Below are positions 50,351 to 63,505 of a DNA stretch of 64,000 nt, one piece after another. Within the stretch, counting starts at the first letter, position 1, and each line of letters starts with the position of its first letter. The DNA is taken from the NCBI GenBank assembly GCA_964036045.1, contig OZ038378.1, positions 4,464,001 through 4,528,000 of the forward strand, given 5' to 3'. A model generated the notes under the pieces. That model searched no databases, was not told the origin of the DNA, and was given only the letters and a program-made list of their open reading frames with translations. The stretch is from Eutreptiella sp. 'Long Island Sound 2002'. Lineage: Eukaryota > Protista > Euglenida. Both the position numbers and the translations under genes were made by a program.

Positions 50351-51394
50351 GGTCCTTGTGTGCTGGGTTTGGCCAAAAAAAATGCCTCTGTCGTCAAGGA
50401 TAGCGTTGCTATACTTGGAACTTGAATATCCCTCACGAATGTGACAGAGACACAGCAGTAGGATGCACCTAGAACCACTTCCTTGCACTTCCCCTCCCTT
50501 TGACTCAGGAGCGGAGTCTGTGTCACTTGTTGGAGCGGCTGACAGCCGCATGTTTGGACCGCGAGGTACCCGGGGCATCAAATATGGAGTGTCTTACTCC
50601 AGAAAAGCGACTCGCATCACGCCACACAGAAGCCCTTTTCCTGTACCCATTGTATTCGCCGTCCACTGTGTCAGCTTTATGTGGGAATGGCAGAAATGAC
50701 ATTTCTCTTGAGAGTACACATTGGCACAGGCGCGCCGGGTACTGAGCGGCCCTTGCAAGCTGCTTTGGACCCTATTGCACCGGCTCAGTCCGTCTGCCTG
50801 TCAAGAGCGGACGTACTTCTATTGCCTTCGGCAACGCACCTTGAAGAGTGACCCTTGTGATTTGTTCGCCCTCCAACCCCCCGTTTTGCGACACTTCTCC
50901 CCATGGCTTTATACGTACTCCCATTGTCACCAAATGATCACCCAACAACAGCCCAAGGGCCCCCGGGGTTGGTCGGAAGCCACCCCCGGGGGGGCGACCC
51001 CTCGAGTCTGGACGCCAATTACCCCCCCAAACTAACTGTTGGCCGGAGGCCCCTTGGGGGGGGAGGGGGGGCGGGGGGGCATTAGAGGGGGGGTTCAGGG
51101 AGGGGCGATGGGGGGTGGGGGGGGCGCTCCGGGAGGGTCGGTTGGGGTGGGGGGGTTCCAGGTGGGGCGATTTGGGGTGTTGGGGGGGGAGGGGGGGCAC
51201 AGGCTCCCCTTACCTCCCCTTGCCCTCAATCTGACCATACCATCACCATAAACCTAACCCTAACCGTTGCAGCCAGTTGGTTTGGCCATGCCAGCCATGT
51301 TGATTGGGCTGAACAAGATCCCCCAAATTTCGTTCATTGCTGTTGTTGCCACATCATTGCTCTCCATTTTGGACCCCAACACTCACTGTGACCC

Positions 51395-51510
51395 TAGCCT
51401 AGGGTGAGAGCTAGGGCTAGGGTTGGGGCTAGGGTTAGGGGTAGGGATAGGTGTAGGGTTAGGAGTAGGCTGAGGGTTGGGGGTGGGCGTTAGAGTCAAG
51501 GTTGGGGTTA
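51395..51510 (+). repeat. Degenerate interstitial TTAGGG-like array (similar short tracts at 52550-52590, 22778-22797, 51253-51264)
   Basis: CTAGGG/TTGGGG/TTAGGG/GTAGGG hexamers in tandem. Confidence 0.75.
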
Positions 51511-52764
51511 AGGATAGTGTTGGGGTGTAAAGTGGACAAAATTTTCCTTAGGGTACCTTTGGTGTTCATGGAGCATCGGGCGCCTTTGGCGCCCATGGAC
51601 GCCTGAGGGCGACACCTTTGGCAACTAACTGTTGGCCGGAGGCCCCTAGGGGGGGAGGGGGGGGGGGGTAGTTGGCGTCCTAGGAGCCGCGGAGTCGCCC
51701 CCCCCCCCCCCCGGGAAGCCACCCCGAAATCGCGATTTTTTAGCCAACCCATGCCGGCCTGAAAACAGCCAAATTCTCGCCCGTGGGGCACCATAAAGGG
51801 GGGGGGGGGGGGCAATCTTGGAAAATGGGAGGTTGCACCCCTTCCTCCGCCATTGGTTTGGGGGGTCCATATGGAAGACACAAATGGAATGGGACCTGGG
51901 TCGGAATCGACGCATGGTGGCGGCTGTAGACCAAGCAAGTTTTGAACCCCCCATCCACCCCACCCCCACCACCCCCCGCCCCCTAAAAACTGGGACCCAG
52001 GTACAGGGGGGTAGAGGGGTCAAGATCGAAAAATTTGTTGGGGGATATTTTTGTACAATGATTTTACAAAGGGTCGAGGCACCCGATACCACGCTTTGGG
52101 GCATCCCTCGCGAATGACCCCCAAAAGGGGGGTATATGGCGCCCGCGCCCGCGCTTGATCTCACAACCCCCTCTTTGATGTGATTCTCATCTCCTGCGGG
52201 ACCACAGCTTCCTATCTGTTCTTTTCTGCCGTTGGTTGGCGGTGGTTATGAACGGTCACGTGGCACCGACGGATGTTCCACTCCACGATGCGTGGGTGCA
52301 GAACAGCCAAACTGTCACAGGCAGAGGGGGCGGGCCAGCGAGGCAGGCCGCCGCCGAGACAGGGTACGTGCCGAGACACCTCCAGCGCACACGGCACGTC
52401 CTCGCACAACAGAAAGGACGCTGCCGCATCCCAATGGTGGGGTCAAGACGGAGAAGCGGCACATTTTGCTGGAACGATGTGTATGTGCAAGGCATGTGCA
52501 TCGAAGGCGGGGACAGCAGGTGCGCAGTTACCTTTGTTACCTGATTAGCCTTAGGGTTGGGGTTAGGGTCAGGGTGGGGGTTAGGGGGGAGGGCTTGAAG
52601 TAGCCCTACCCTGACCCCAAGTGCGTGTCTCCCCCCCCCCCACTCACCTCTAGGACACCCCCCCCCGCGCGTGCCCGCCCCCTCCTCCTCCGTTGAGTGG
52701 CGTGGGCCCCTGGCCGTCTGTCGGCAGCGGCAGGGGCTGGCCGGGTCAGTGCAGTGGGGCAACT

Positions 52765-55700
52765 TCAGTCCGTCTGCCCCGCCTCCGCACTGGTCCGCCT
52801 CCGGAAGCGCAGGAGGTACCGCGGCTGCACTTGCCACGGGCGGTACACCACGTACCACCACCGCTCGTCCTCGTGCTTCGGGACGCCAGACACGGGCCCA
52901 TACGCGGACTGGAACGCCGACGGCAGCCGGCCCTCGATCTCATGCGCCTCCTCGTGGATCTCCGTGCTCCGCCCCAGCGCGAAGTCGCACAGGCTCACGT
53001 AGAACGACAGCCGCGGCTGAATGGACCCGCCGCCGTCGTGCGCCGCATCATAGTCGGAGGGCCACCACGGCGTCTGTTTTCCGTAGTACCTGTGCCGAAC
53101 CGGGTGATCCCTGGGCTTGGGGGCATTGCGGTTTGAGGAGCGGTTGATGGCGGTTACGAGCAGTTGTCAGGGCGGTTGCGGCGTGTCTTGGGCAGGACGC
53201 CGATCCCTACCGTGTGGTGGAACCGCTTTGTCCGGTAGTACATGCGGCAAATGCCCGGCAAAGGCCCCCCATCCGAACGACTCCGAAATGCATGCAACAT
53301 CAGGGGATTGCCGGGGAGTTAAAGGGCTGAGTCAAAATGCTTGTCAAAGTGCCTTTGCTCTCATGCACTATGACACTCGATGTTCCGACGACCGGTGTTA
53401 CCGCCTTGTGCCTTGTGGAGGCAACAGACTTGCCCCGCCCCTCCCCCCGTCTGCTACCAATGACACAAGGCTACGAGGTAAGATCGTGTGCTTACCCGGA
53501 GGTCTCGTCAGGCGCAGGGGCGGGGGGGGGGGGGACCTCCTGCATAGCCCCTGCCCCATTGACAGTCTTGTGGTAGGCCGACCTGGTCCAAATTGTCCTG
53601 CCCGCACGTTTGGCACCAATGGTCATGTCAGGCCCAAACCCGGCCAAGCTCAGAGATCTTTGGTAGCTAAGTGTGGCCCAACGTCAGGGAAGGGGCCACA
53701 AATGGTCAGGTGTGGACACGCCACTTAGCTCCAGCCGCGCCTGCCCCACGGCCTTCATCGCCTCTCCAGTTCCAGCGTATGTGCCGGGGTGCTGCCATGT
53801 TCGCTCCATTGTGCTGATCCCTTACCTCCCTGGTTAGGGTCCGTAGTGGCCAGCTGGCTGCGGGTTCAGGGCTTTATCGCCTGCTTCCTGGTCTGGGTTT
53901 GGGCCGTGGCTCTCTAATTGTGTTCCATGTTGGCTGCCGTCGCCCGCGCAGTGCGCTCGCTGTCGCTGGCCCCATTCGGCCACACACCTCACTTGCTACT
54001 TTCAACGGGTCATGGAGGGTTTGGGGTCGGTCAGTGGTCAACCAAGCCGGGTCAGGGAAGGGGGGGGGGGATAAGCGTACCAAGGAGCCCCCCCCTCGTG
54101 GTCAGATGCACGCTGACATCCGACACCAGTGGCATGCGCGCAAAGGTGTGCCCGTGAGTCCGGTCGGTACGGGAGGCATCTGGACATTTTGCTGTCTAGT
54201 ATAGGCACATGAAAACGGCCCAAGTGCTCATTGGGCCCCACGGGTGATCGACACTGAGAGATCGGACCCTTGTTGGCAGGGAGCACTGTGACAGAGGCCA
54301 CTCAACGTGCAGCCCGTGCTATCTCCCACCGCGCTGGGGGGCGTCTCAACACGCGTTTCAGTGTCGCCGCCCATAAACATGCCCTTCCGGACATCCTCCT
54401 GGCACACGGGCCTGATTCTGGGCCCGTGGGGGCCGGGGTGGGGGCTGAACGCTTCAAGTGGAGGAGGTTCGCCGTTGGGCATTTCCGGTTTGATGCACTT
54501 GGTCTTGTTTTGTGGGGGGGGTGCCCCCGGGGCCGTAGGCGGTCGATGCTTTCACGGCAGCAGTCCCACTGGTAGTCCAGCCTCAGTTTGCTGCGAGCAG
54601 TGATGATTGCTTTGCAGAGCGTGGGCCACCTTTGAAGCAACCCCCTCCTGGCCCTTGAGTAAGCACAGGCTTGTCTGTAAACGGAAGCCCTATCTTGAGG
54701 CGCCGATGCCGGGTATCATCCCGGATTTCGCTGTTGCTGTCCTGTACCACTGCAGCAACACTCGGGGGCGCACAACAGCGCCGCTTGTGAATGTATGATG
54801 TGTCTGCACAGGGGGACAACACAACATAAGTGCAACATTGAATGGCACATATGCGACAAAATGCAACAACAGAAACTGACTCCATCAGAGTTCGTGGGAG
54901 TCCTGAAGACACAGTGGAAATGGAATGCAAAACAAACAAAACAAACAAACAAACAAATTGAATGCAAACACCTTTTTGGAAGAATGTGCCAGTGACGGTG
55001 TGTGCAATAGAACAGAGGAGCGCAGGCAGACAAACAGTGCAAGTATCTGAGGGGTTCGATCCGAATGACTCAGCGACAATGCTGGCCGTCAAACACAGCA
55101 ACGCGTGGCCGCTGTACCGTGCCCCAGAGAATCATTTCGCATTTGCCGGGAAGCCTTGTTGTCTTCTTCTCCAGCGCTGCCCTAGAGTGTGCCAGGGGTT
55201 CGCCTACCGGACCAGAACTACAATAATCACTGTGCCTCAATTTCTAGGGTCATGATTGGTGTGGGTGGGTTTTGCCCAAGTGGATGAACATTTGTGCGGG
55301 TGCTGCACACACACACAGACTCAACACTCAAACAGCAGCCGAAAGACCCGCAGTAGCGCAAGCAGTGGTCAACTGCAAGGCTACTACGCCCTCCCTATAA
55401 CATTCTCTGCAACGCAAAACGATGTACGGGGGAGTGGCCGTGCACATGCCGGCACGCACCTTCTGACGGAATCATCCCGGGAACGGCTCTAACCCCCCCC
55501 CCCCAACATACACACACCACAAAAACAAGCACAACACACTTGCCACTCTTTCCAGTCCTGCCGGGTTGCCTCTATTGGCCCTATTGGCCGTGTGCGCCGC
55601 GCGCGCGCACTATCGCCTCAGGCCTCTGCACACATTGGCGCAAGGACCAGCTCGACTGACAGTGGTTGTTGTTGTTGCTTTCCCATGGTTATGGTGGTTG

Positions 55701-56211
55701 AGATGTGCCCCAATTACCATTCTATCGCTTAATAACTGCATTTTTTTTGTAGTGCTTTGTTCAAATCACTTTTTGACTGTCCTTTGCTGCTGCACAAAAG
55801 AAAGTACGGTCTGAGGTGCATGCCAAGTGCTCCCAGTCAGAGGCAACGGGCACACCCGTTCCCGAAGGGGCCCTGCGTTTTGACAGCGAAATTCCCCACG
55901 GCGTTGGAGCGGATGTGCTGCATGTTCCTCAAAGGCCGAAACAGCGGCCTCTTCTCGCACCTCCGGCACACTTTGAAGAGCATCCGCCGGATGTGGCTCG
56001 TGTGCAGCGCGTGGGCCTCCCAAAGCTCGTAGTGCGCCAGGAAGACGGACTGCAGCTCCGTGCATCGGGCCTCCAGCAGCGCAGCGATCTCCTGAAACAC
56101 CGGGTCCTCTGGGGCGATGTGGGGCCCGATAAAGGCCAGGCCATACACGTCCCACACGGCCACACCCACACATAGTACTGCGGCAGTGAGGGCCACTATC
56201 AGGAGCAGCAT
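52765..56211 (-). CDS. PARP/ADP-ribosyltransferase-like gene (exons 56211-55856, 55181-54972 [frameshifted], ~53091-52765; at least one exon missing); may be a pseudogene
   Basis: The last exon reads SFYVSLCDFALGRS...WYVVYRPWQVQPRYLLRF (PARP-type C-terminal strands). The middle exon has EMILW(H)GT and ..CTVCLPALLCSIAH. Exons 1-2 splice in phase 2 (GG|GT...TAG|G). Confidence 0.55.
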
Positions 56212-59200
56212 GGGTCAGCGGCCCCACGGGGCCATGGGCATGCAACTTCTGAGACGGGAACGGGCGGTGGGGGTGCACCCTCCGAATCGGACCAGGGGGC
56301 ACCCTCTTCGACCGGACCTGCCTTGGAACAGCAGTAAGGGGGAGGGGTTGGAGAAGGGAGGTGCTCATTTGCATCAGGGAGCCGTTGGGGCCGAGAAGCG
56401 GGTGCCGGGGGGTGATTGGGTGATGATTATGGAGGAGGAGTGGGGACAGGAAATGAAGGGGGGATGACCGGGAATCACAACCACCAACTCCTGCTCATCG
56501 TCACTCTCGGCCCCTCCTGCCCAGGATGAGGCTGTCTGCCTCAGGGGTGCAGTAGAGCATCGCTGGCGGCACAGGCCGCGCCCGACTGCAGGGCGCAGGC
56601 CAAGCGGCTGCCCGACGTGGACGGGTGATCCACCGGCCGCATTGAGTCACGGGACCAAGAGCGTGTGGTCTTTGAGGGTCGTGCAAGTACAGTCCCTCGT
56701 GCTCAGCAAAAGGTCCCGTTAAATTTTTCATATGGCCGTGCCCTGGCGCTGCTGAACGCCCACCCACTTCTTCTCCCGGTGCCTTGTGGGGATGTGCATG
56801 TGGTGTTCAGACATTCATCCATCGGTCCAGTTGTGGGCAGCAGCTTGGACCCTGCCTGGGCGGGTCTGGAGCACCGCGCAAGGGCCAGGTCAGGCTGGCC
56901 TCACCTTGCCCCCATTCGCAATTGGCACCGCGCACTATTGATTGTAGTTGTTACCCAACCGACAGGCGGTGCTTCTTTCGGCGGGTGGAAATCACCAGAA
57001 GAGTTTCTACTTCAAAGCTGCCTTGGCTATGGTGAGTGGCTTGAGCATGGCTTGGTGGAGGGGATGGTCAATACCTTGATTGAGGATGGGCGGGGGGGGG
57101 GGGATAAAAAAAAAGGGGGTATCACGGACACCCAGGGCGCAGCAAACAAGGGAAGACATGAAAGGAACGCTTGGTTACACTTGGTGGCTGGTCTTTGTTT
57201 TTAGAGCTTTGGTGTCCGCTGGCGGGTGGCTACCCTCCAGAATCACTCTAGCAGCACACAGTACCCCCCCCCCTCCCCCCACGCTTGTCCTAACACTGGC
57301 TTGTGCAAACACGGGGACCGGTGTTTCCGCACCCCCCCCCCCGCCCTGCGCGCAATCAACCCCCCCCAACCAGCACTGCCCATGATGACCACCCATGATG
57401 ACCACCACAACAAACCTGGGCGCCCAACCACTCACCACACACTCCACTGGCCCACCCCCCCCCCACAACCACAACAACATTACTTTCAACCCGCCACAAT
57501 GACTCACACAGTCACGGACATCCTGCCGGCCATTAACGCAGCCAGGGCAGCCACGGAACGTGACATGGGGGACGACCTCCTGGCCACAAAGATTCAATTT
57601 TGCAAGCTATCCTCCATGCAAACATACCCCAGAGGTGCCTGTGGCCGTCAGAAACAAACCCCTTGGCAACTCTTGCTACCCCCACGTTGAACCCCCCACC
57701 CCCTGTGTCGAGCGAACAATAAAGGGGGCGTTTTCGCACAGCGCGGGCACAGCGCCAATTATTACGATGATTATCCAGGTAACAACCCTGAAAACCACTC
57801 ACCTGCGGAATCATGCACAATCAATTCAAAACTCAAAAATTCAAACATCTGATGCTTGCCATAGGTCCCAGGGACCTAAATTCTGCCCCCTATAGCCCCA
57901 TCCACTGCAGCAGCCATTCAATGACGTCCTTTCAATCTTCTGAACTTACCGAACTCCCGGTGGTGGAGAACAGCCAACTTTTCGCACAGCGCGCGCACAG
58001 CGCACGGTACGCCCCCAAAGTCCTCCAAAATACAGTCTGAACAGCCACAAACGCCAGGGAGCAGCAGCTTTCATGGCAATGGGAGGCACGCTTCGGGTAT
58101 TAAAGGTCCAGGGCCAGTGGCACTCCATACAACAGCCTAGAAGGGATTCAGCACACCCCCCATTGTGGAAGTTGCCCATAGACCCACACCTCGCCCTCCC
58201 CGCGGCGGTGCAAGCAGGGCATTCCAAAGGACCCCAAATAATTTCCATGTGGCCCACTGACGCCCTTAAGGCTGACTCCATATCCTTCGCACCATCTAGT
58301 GCTCAAATTTATGTCCAGCTCCCCGTCCTTGCGGACGATGGGGCCTCAGACTCAGACCCCAATTGGCCAGACGAGGAGCCAGCCAAAGACCCCAGTGCCC
58401 ACCCCACCATGCCAACGCCACCCTCCAGACCGGCACTCCCACCGCCCAACGGCGAAGGTGAGCAATGTTCACAGCACGTCGGCACGAATACAGACCCTGA
58501 GCCCCCACCCCCACACAACCAGAGAGACCACCAGGGACGAACCCAAATCACCACAAGACGCCCAGCAGGAACCATCCACAACCCCTGACCAAAGGGCAGC
58601 ATGGGCAAGCGACCCCGAACACAGGCCATTGTCCGAGTTTCGTTGTTTGCTCAACCGGACCTTGCGCCATGCTTTTTGGCCTGGCTGCCAGGCTCATGCC
58701 GATTCACCCGCACCCACTGTGCCCCCCGGAGGGAGCTCTTTTGCGCACCAATGGTTTTTGTGGTGCATCAGGGGAAGCAACAGCACGGGGCGTGAATTTG
58801 TATGAAGACATGGTGGCTGCCTGCTTCACAAAAGGAGGCCGGAAGCAACACAGGCACCGTCCAAAACGGACGAAACTCTGAAACATATCGTCAGTACAGC
58901 GTGCAAACCTGGGTGTTCCGAAGAGCCCTTTTCAAGGACTTTCCGAATACACCCCACATACCCCTACCTCCGGGACACTCAGTGGACACAAATGGGGCAA
59001 CAATGGCACCAACCCGCGAAAACCCACAAAGTTGGCACAAACAGTGTATACACTGAGAGATATGTGTGATTAACACCTGTTCATCAACATGGTACTGGGG
59101 TCATCAAGTTTGATTCTGTGGCGTGACTTTCTTGCACAGTTTGCCAGGTACAGCCCCAAACAAGGGCCAAAGAACGCGTCCATTGTGTGGCCAAAACGCC

Positions 59201-61343
59201 GGGAACACCATTTGTAAATTTGAGCGTTTTTAAATAGGGCCAGAAGAGTGTGCTGTGGTGGTGCACACAAGACATCCATCTCAACAAAATAGCGAGACGA
59301 TGAACCCGCCGAAAATTGTGTGCTCAGAAACTCCATCTTTGCACAATGACTCCAAAGACCATCCCAGCCCCCACCGCAGCTGAAATCTAGCACCACTGTG
59401 CCCACTGCATGCCAAATGTGGCCTCAGACCTGCTTTGTTAAGAGCGAGGATATGTCAGTGGCAGAGGCTGTCTTTGCACCGCATCAGACCAGGCAATGCA
59501 GTACAATGACCATCCAAGCTATGTAAAGCATGTTTTAGGCCGTATTTATGTCGCTTTTCCCCTATTTTTTGTGTGTGTTGCTTGGAGTAGATTCTCTGCG
59601 AGGTGGACTTGCCGAAGGCAATAGAATCACCTCGCAGAGGTTGTTAGATCAAAGCCAAGCAGGCGTATATAGGGGAAAACGCCACATACCCCCCAGGGAG
59701 ACACCAACTGAACCACAAAAAAATAGACCCACTTGTCGCAGTCACGTTTCGGGACGGGTTTTTGGGGACGGGGCATCAACTTGACCCGTGACAAGTTTCA
59801 CAGTGATCTACGACGTGCTCCGCAGGCCATGCTGTGCAGCATTTGCATCCTACAGTGCGAAACCTCCTTCCACTGTGGTGTCTCTCCAACAATAGTGAGC
59901 ACAGCAAGCAAACGAGTCAATGACACCCAACAGCCAAGCAGTGCCCCTGTACACCAGGACAGCTGCGCAGCAGGTTTGGCATAGTCCAAATGGAAGAATG
60001 CCGCGGGCATCCGGATGAAACCAGTGGAAACTGTGCAGCAAATAGCAACATGTAAATTTCAAAACTTGCCCCCAAAAGGCAACATCATGACTCCAGCCCG
60101 AACCCCCAGACATCACGCGCTTGCAAGGTGGGCACTGGGAGCGCAGCAGTGCCGGAAGCTGAAGGTATTCCGTTTGCAATGCGATAGGTTTGGTGGAGGA
60201 TGTTCACAGGAGTGCCGGAGGGTGGGGGCCGATCCGACGAACGCATCGAGATGAACATCATATGTGGCGAGCATCTCCAAGAGCACGCTCGAATCGATGC
60301 AGGGTAAACCGCCAGCAGGCCCCAATCCCTTGCGCCATGCGCAGAGACCACATTACCCGCTGAATATATATTACAGGGTCCCTTGGTACCTAGACAGGGC
60401 AGGGGAAGAGGAAACATTGACGATGTGTTGTATGACTTAGGGTTGTGTTTCGGCAGAATCTGCAGGGGCACCAGGAGTGGTTTGCGGAGGGCACTGGCCA
60501 CATGGTGCAAATCGAGGTGTGCGTTCTGTTTTACATCTGCATCAGAAGAAGCCTACAGACCCTGTGCCAGGATGCCCCACCCTACTTTGGGGTACGGGAC
60601 AAATTGATCTTGTGCGTACAAAAAGTCAGCCGCCCAACTGATGTACTTAATGTGGAAACGGAATGTAAAAGCAATCCCTTTTTAAAAGGCAACAGGCCAT
60701 CCGAAGGTCAGACGACAGGCGTCCCTCACACCAATGGACACACCTTCGTTGAGCATGCATGCGATGCGCCACCACATGTTGCGCCAGTTGTGGCCAGTGC
60801 CATCCCCTTGGTGCTCTCTCACCAATTGCTGTATTACAGTTGGTTATAGTTCAATTGCAATATGCGCCAATGTCCATTCTGCTACGGTCATTTTTCAGCG
60901 GTTAAGTTCGGGGTCAGCGAAGCACGAAGAACTTGTGAGGCACAAGAGAGCAAGAAGGGATGATCAGATGATGTGGGTGCATAATGAAATTGGGCCGTGT
61001 TGATAAAGATAACTGCAGGGTTCACAGAGGAGCGTGGCAAGCTTCTGCCTCATTCTTTCAAACATCAACACTACCAGTGCGCACAAACAACACCTCCAGC
61101 ACCGGTGGTGAGCGCCAATCCCCACCAAAGCTGGAGCAATATGGTTGAATCTACAACTCAAAAGATGTCCCTTGTATCTGTCCTTTCCTTTTGAACGAAC
61201 TTTCTCCAGAAGCGGAGCCGCGATCAACATTCGGGAGTCACGGTGGAGGAAGACAGAGATAAAGAATGGGGGGGGAAAGGTGCCTTCACCCCCGCCCCCG
61301 CCCCTGCCCCCACCCCACGCTTCTTGGTGTTTCCAGCACTCAC

Positions 61344-61587
61344 ATCATGCTGCAGGCTCCACGTGTGCTCGCAGTTCGCACAACCAAAGGATCTCTGGTC
61401 GGACCGCGGCTGCTGCCGCCAGTATACTTTGGACGTGTGACAGCTGGGGCACGTGACGTCGCTGGACTTGCCGACCATTGGGGGCGCCGCACCAGCAACG
61501 AACATGCGCTCGGGCAGCTCCACTGGGCACCGGATGGGGCTGAGCTTTCTGGGGAATGCTTCATTGACTTGGTTGCCGACACGGTAC
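61344..61587 (-). CDS. Exon encoding a TFIIS/Rpb9-type Zn ribbon, probably the next exon of the histidine phosphatase gene
   Basis: CCAG|G TAC...CAT GAT|GTGAGT. Translation VTCPSCHTSKVYWRQQPRSDQRSFGCANCEHTW. The phase-2 join gives KDHDGR/YRVG. Confidence 0.7.
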
Positions 61588-62255
61588 CTGGTGGATGGGC
61601 ATAAAGTGTTTGGGGCTGGGTGGTGGGGGGCCAAAGAACACCAAATGTGGGTGCAAATGAAAAATCTACGCATAATGCAGTCATCCCAACCAAGAACCTA
61701 TGGAGAATCCAGTTGAGACCTCACTTGAAGCTCAGCAAAAACAATGTGAAATCTAGATCTCACGTAAATTCCATGTAGATTCTTGGGCAGGATGAGCACT
61801 TTGTCCATAAATCAGTCATGAGGATGAGTCAAGAATCTTAACAGGACTCTACTTGCAGGCTCTGCGAAAGCCTACGAAGAAGCTTTGCAAAACATAGTTG
61901 CACAGTGCTCAAGTAGGTGATATCTCACTTGAGGCTGAGCAAAAACGACGTGAAATCCACTTGACTTGTTCTTATAACAGTTGTCCGTTGGACACAAAAG
62001 CAGGAAAAGTGCAGCTGATACCTTTTGAAAGGTGCGCATCAGCACAACAAGCAAAGGCTGGCTGCAGGAGCCCGCGTATTCAATAGCTTCAAAAAATGCC
62101 GATGATGACAGGCTCAAGTCAGTATTGCTCAACATTTAGCAGCGATGTTAATTGGTCAGAGCTCGAGACGGGAGTATTGAGGACAGTAACGTTGGGACTG
62201 CCCATTGGCTTGGGATTGGTCTGCCATTAAGGGGATGCTTGGGATGTATTTCCAA

Positions 62256-62417
62256 GGTACCCCTTGCGCACCTTGTCCCCATCGCTTATGGTACCCCTTG
62301 CGCACCTTGTCCCCATCGCTTATCGTACCCCTTGCGCACCCTGTCCCCATTGCTTATGGTACCACTTGCGCACCTTGTCCCCATCGCTTATGGTACCACT
62401 TGTGCACCTTGTCCCCA
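62256..62417. repeat. 34-bp minisatellite x~4.8 (intronic)
   Basis: GGTACC(C/A)CTTGCGCACCTTGTCCCCATCGCTTAT head-to-tail. Confidence 0.95.
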
Positions 62418-63240
62418 AACATGGCCACATGAGGTGAGAAACTGCATTGGGAACCCAACCTTGGCTCTAGTAGCTTCAAATGGTGCCTCAAAATAGGGAT
62501 TCCTGCACAAAACCCTTTAAATCAATGGCCACTTGAGGTCTGCAGTGCTTGAATCCCCACATTGTACTTGCACCGCGTCCAGTGTTCCCCAATGCTACCA
62601 GAAGTTGGCAAATGGCTTTGCACGAGCACCTGTTGCAGATGCTCCATTGAGAACCATGGTAACACCTGCCTTTGGCGCCAAAGCAAGGAATAATTGAAAG
62701 GGTTGCACAACCCTGCCGTCTTGGGGTCGTCGAAACGGGGACTAATCAAAATGGCTCATGACATGTGTGGTACAGAAAACCTTTGAACAAGGACCTCCTC
62801 TCCCCCATTTGCCCGACAGCCCCCCCATTCCCCCCATTTCCCCCAAACGACTTCCCAATGTGGTCTCCGACCCCCGTGGTGGGTCTGAACAAACACCTTT
62901 GAGGGGGGGGCGCGTGATGTTCAGACCGCAAAGCGTCCATTTACAAAAAACGAAAAGCGAAATGACACCAGCTGATTTTGTCCCACCTCAACCATTGTTC
63001 CTCCAAACTGGATAGGTGTCCAGAAATAGTTCAGGAACAGGGATTTCTGAGGCTGACCATACAATTCTCTGAATCACTCAAATTCAAACAGAATGTGACA
63101 CCAACGCCACCAGGGCGCTTCGCCCACGAACCTGTTCGCCATGAGAAAATGCTTACCAACACTGGAATTGCAAAAACTTAGCCCTTACCTACTTGTCTTG
63201 ACGGGGAAAGCCCCCCTTCCCCTGTATCCCCTGTGTGTAC

Positions 63241-63505
63241 CTGCCATCATGGTCCTTCGCAAGAACCACAAACTCGCAGTTGCAAAGCGGCTCCATTGTA
63301 TCATAGGCCTGGACTGTCAAGTGATACCAGCGCATCAGAAACACGCAAATCCAGTACCCGTGCGACACAATGACAATGTTCTGTGGCAGGCTAGTGGACT
63401 GGAACTTGCGATGCAGTGAGGACATAAAGGCGCTGATGCGGTTGTACACATCCGCAGCAGACTCCCCGTCTGTGTATCGGTAGTAGAATGCGCCGCCCTT
63501 GATGC
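63241..63505 (-). CDS. Histidine phosphatase / phosphoglycerate-mutase-like (DET1/PMU1-type) exon; 5' exons lie beyond the window
   Basis: FYYRYTDGESAADVYNRISAFMSSL...NIVIVSHGYWICVFLMRWY...LCNCEFVVL. Acceptor TCCGCAG| at 63505 and donor AG|GTACAC at 63241. Confidence 0.88.

Noticed and set aside
57480-60900. Possible Penelope/LINE remnant on + strand (NIDDVL, Pro-rich ORFs)
   Set aside because: RT motifs are not convincingly ordered; too degenerate to assign.
62256-62417. 34-bp repeats as a CRISPR array
   Set aside because: Head-to-tail minisatellite with no spacers.
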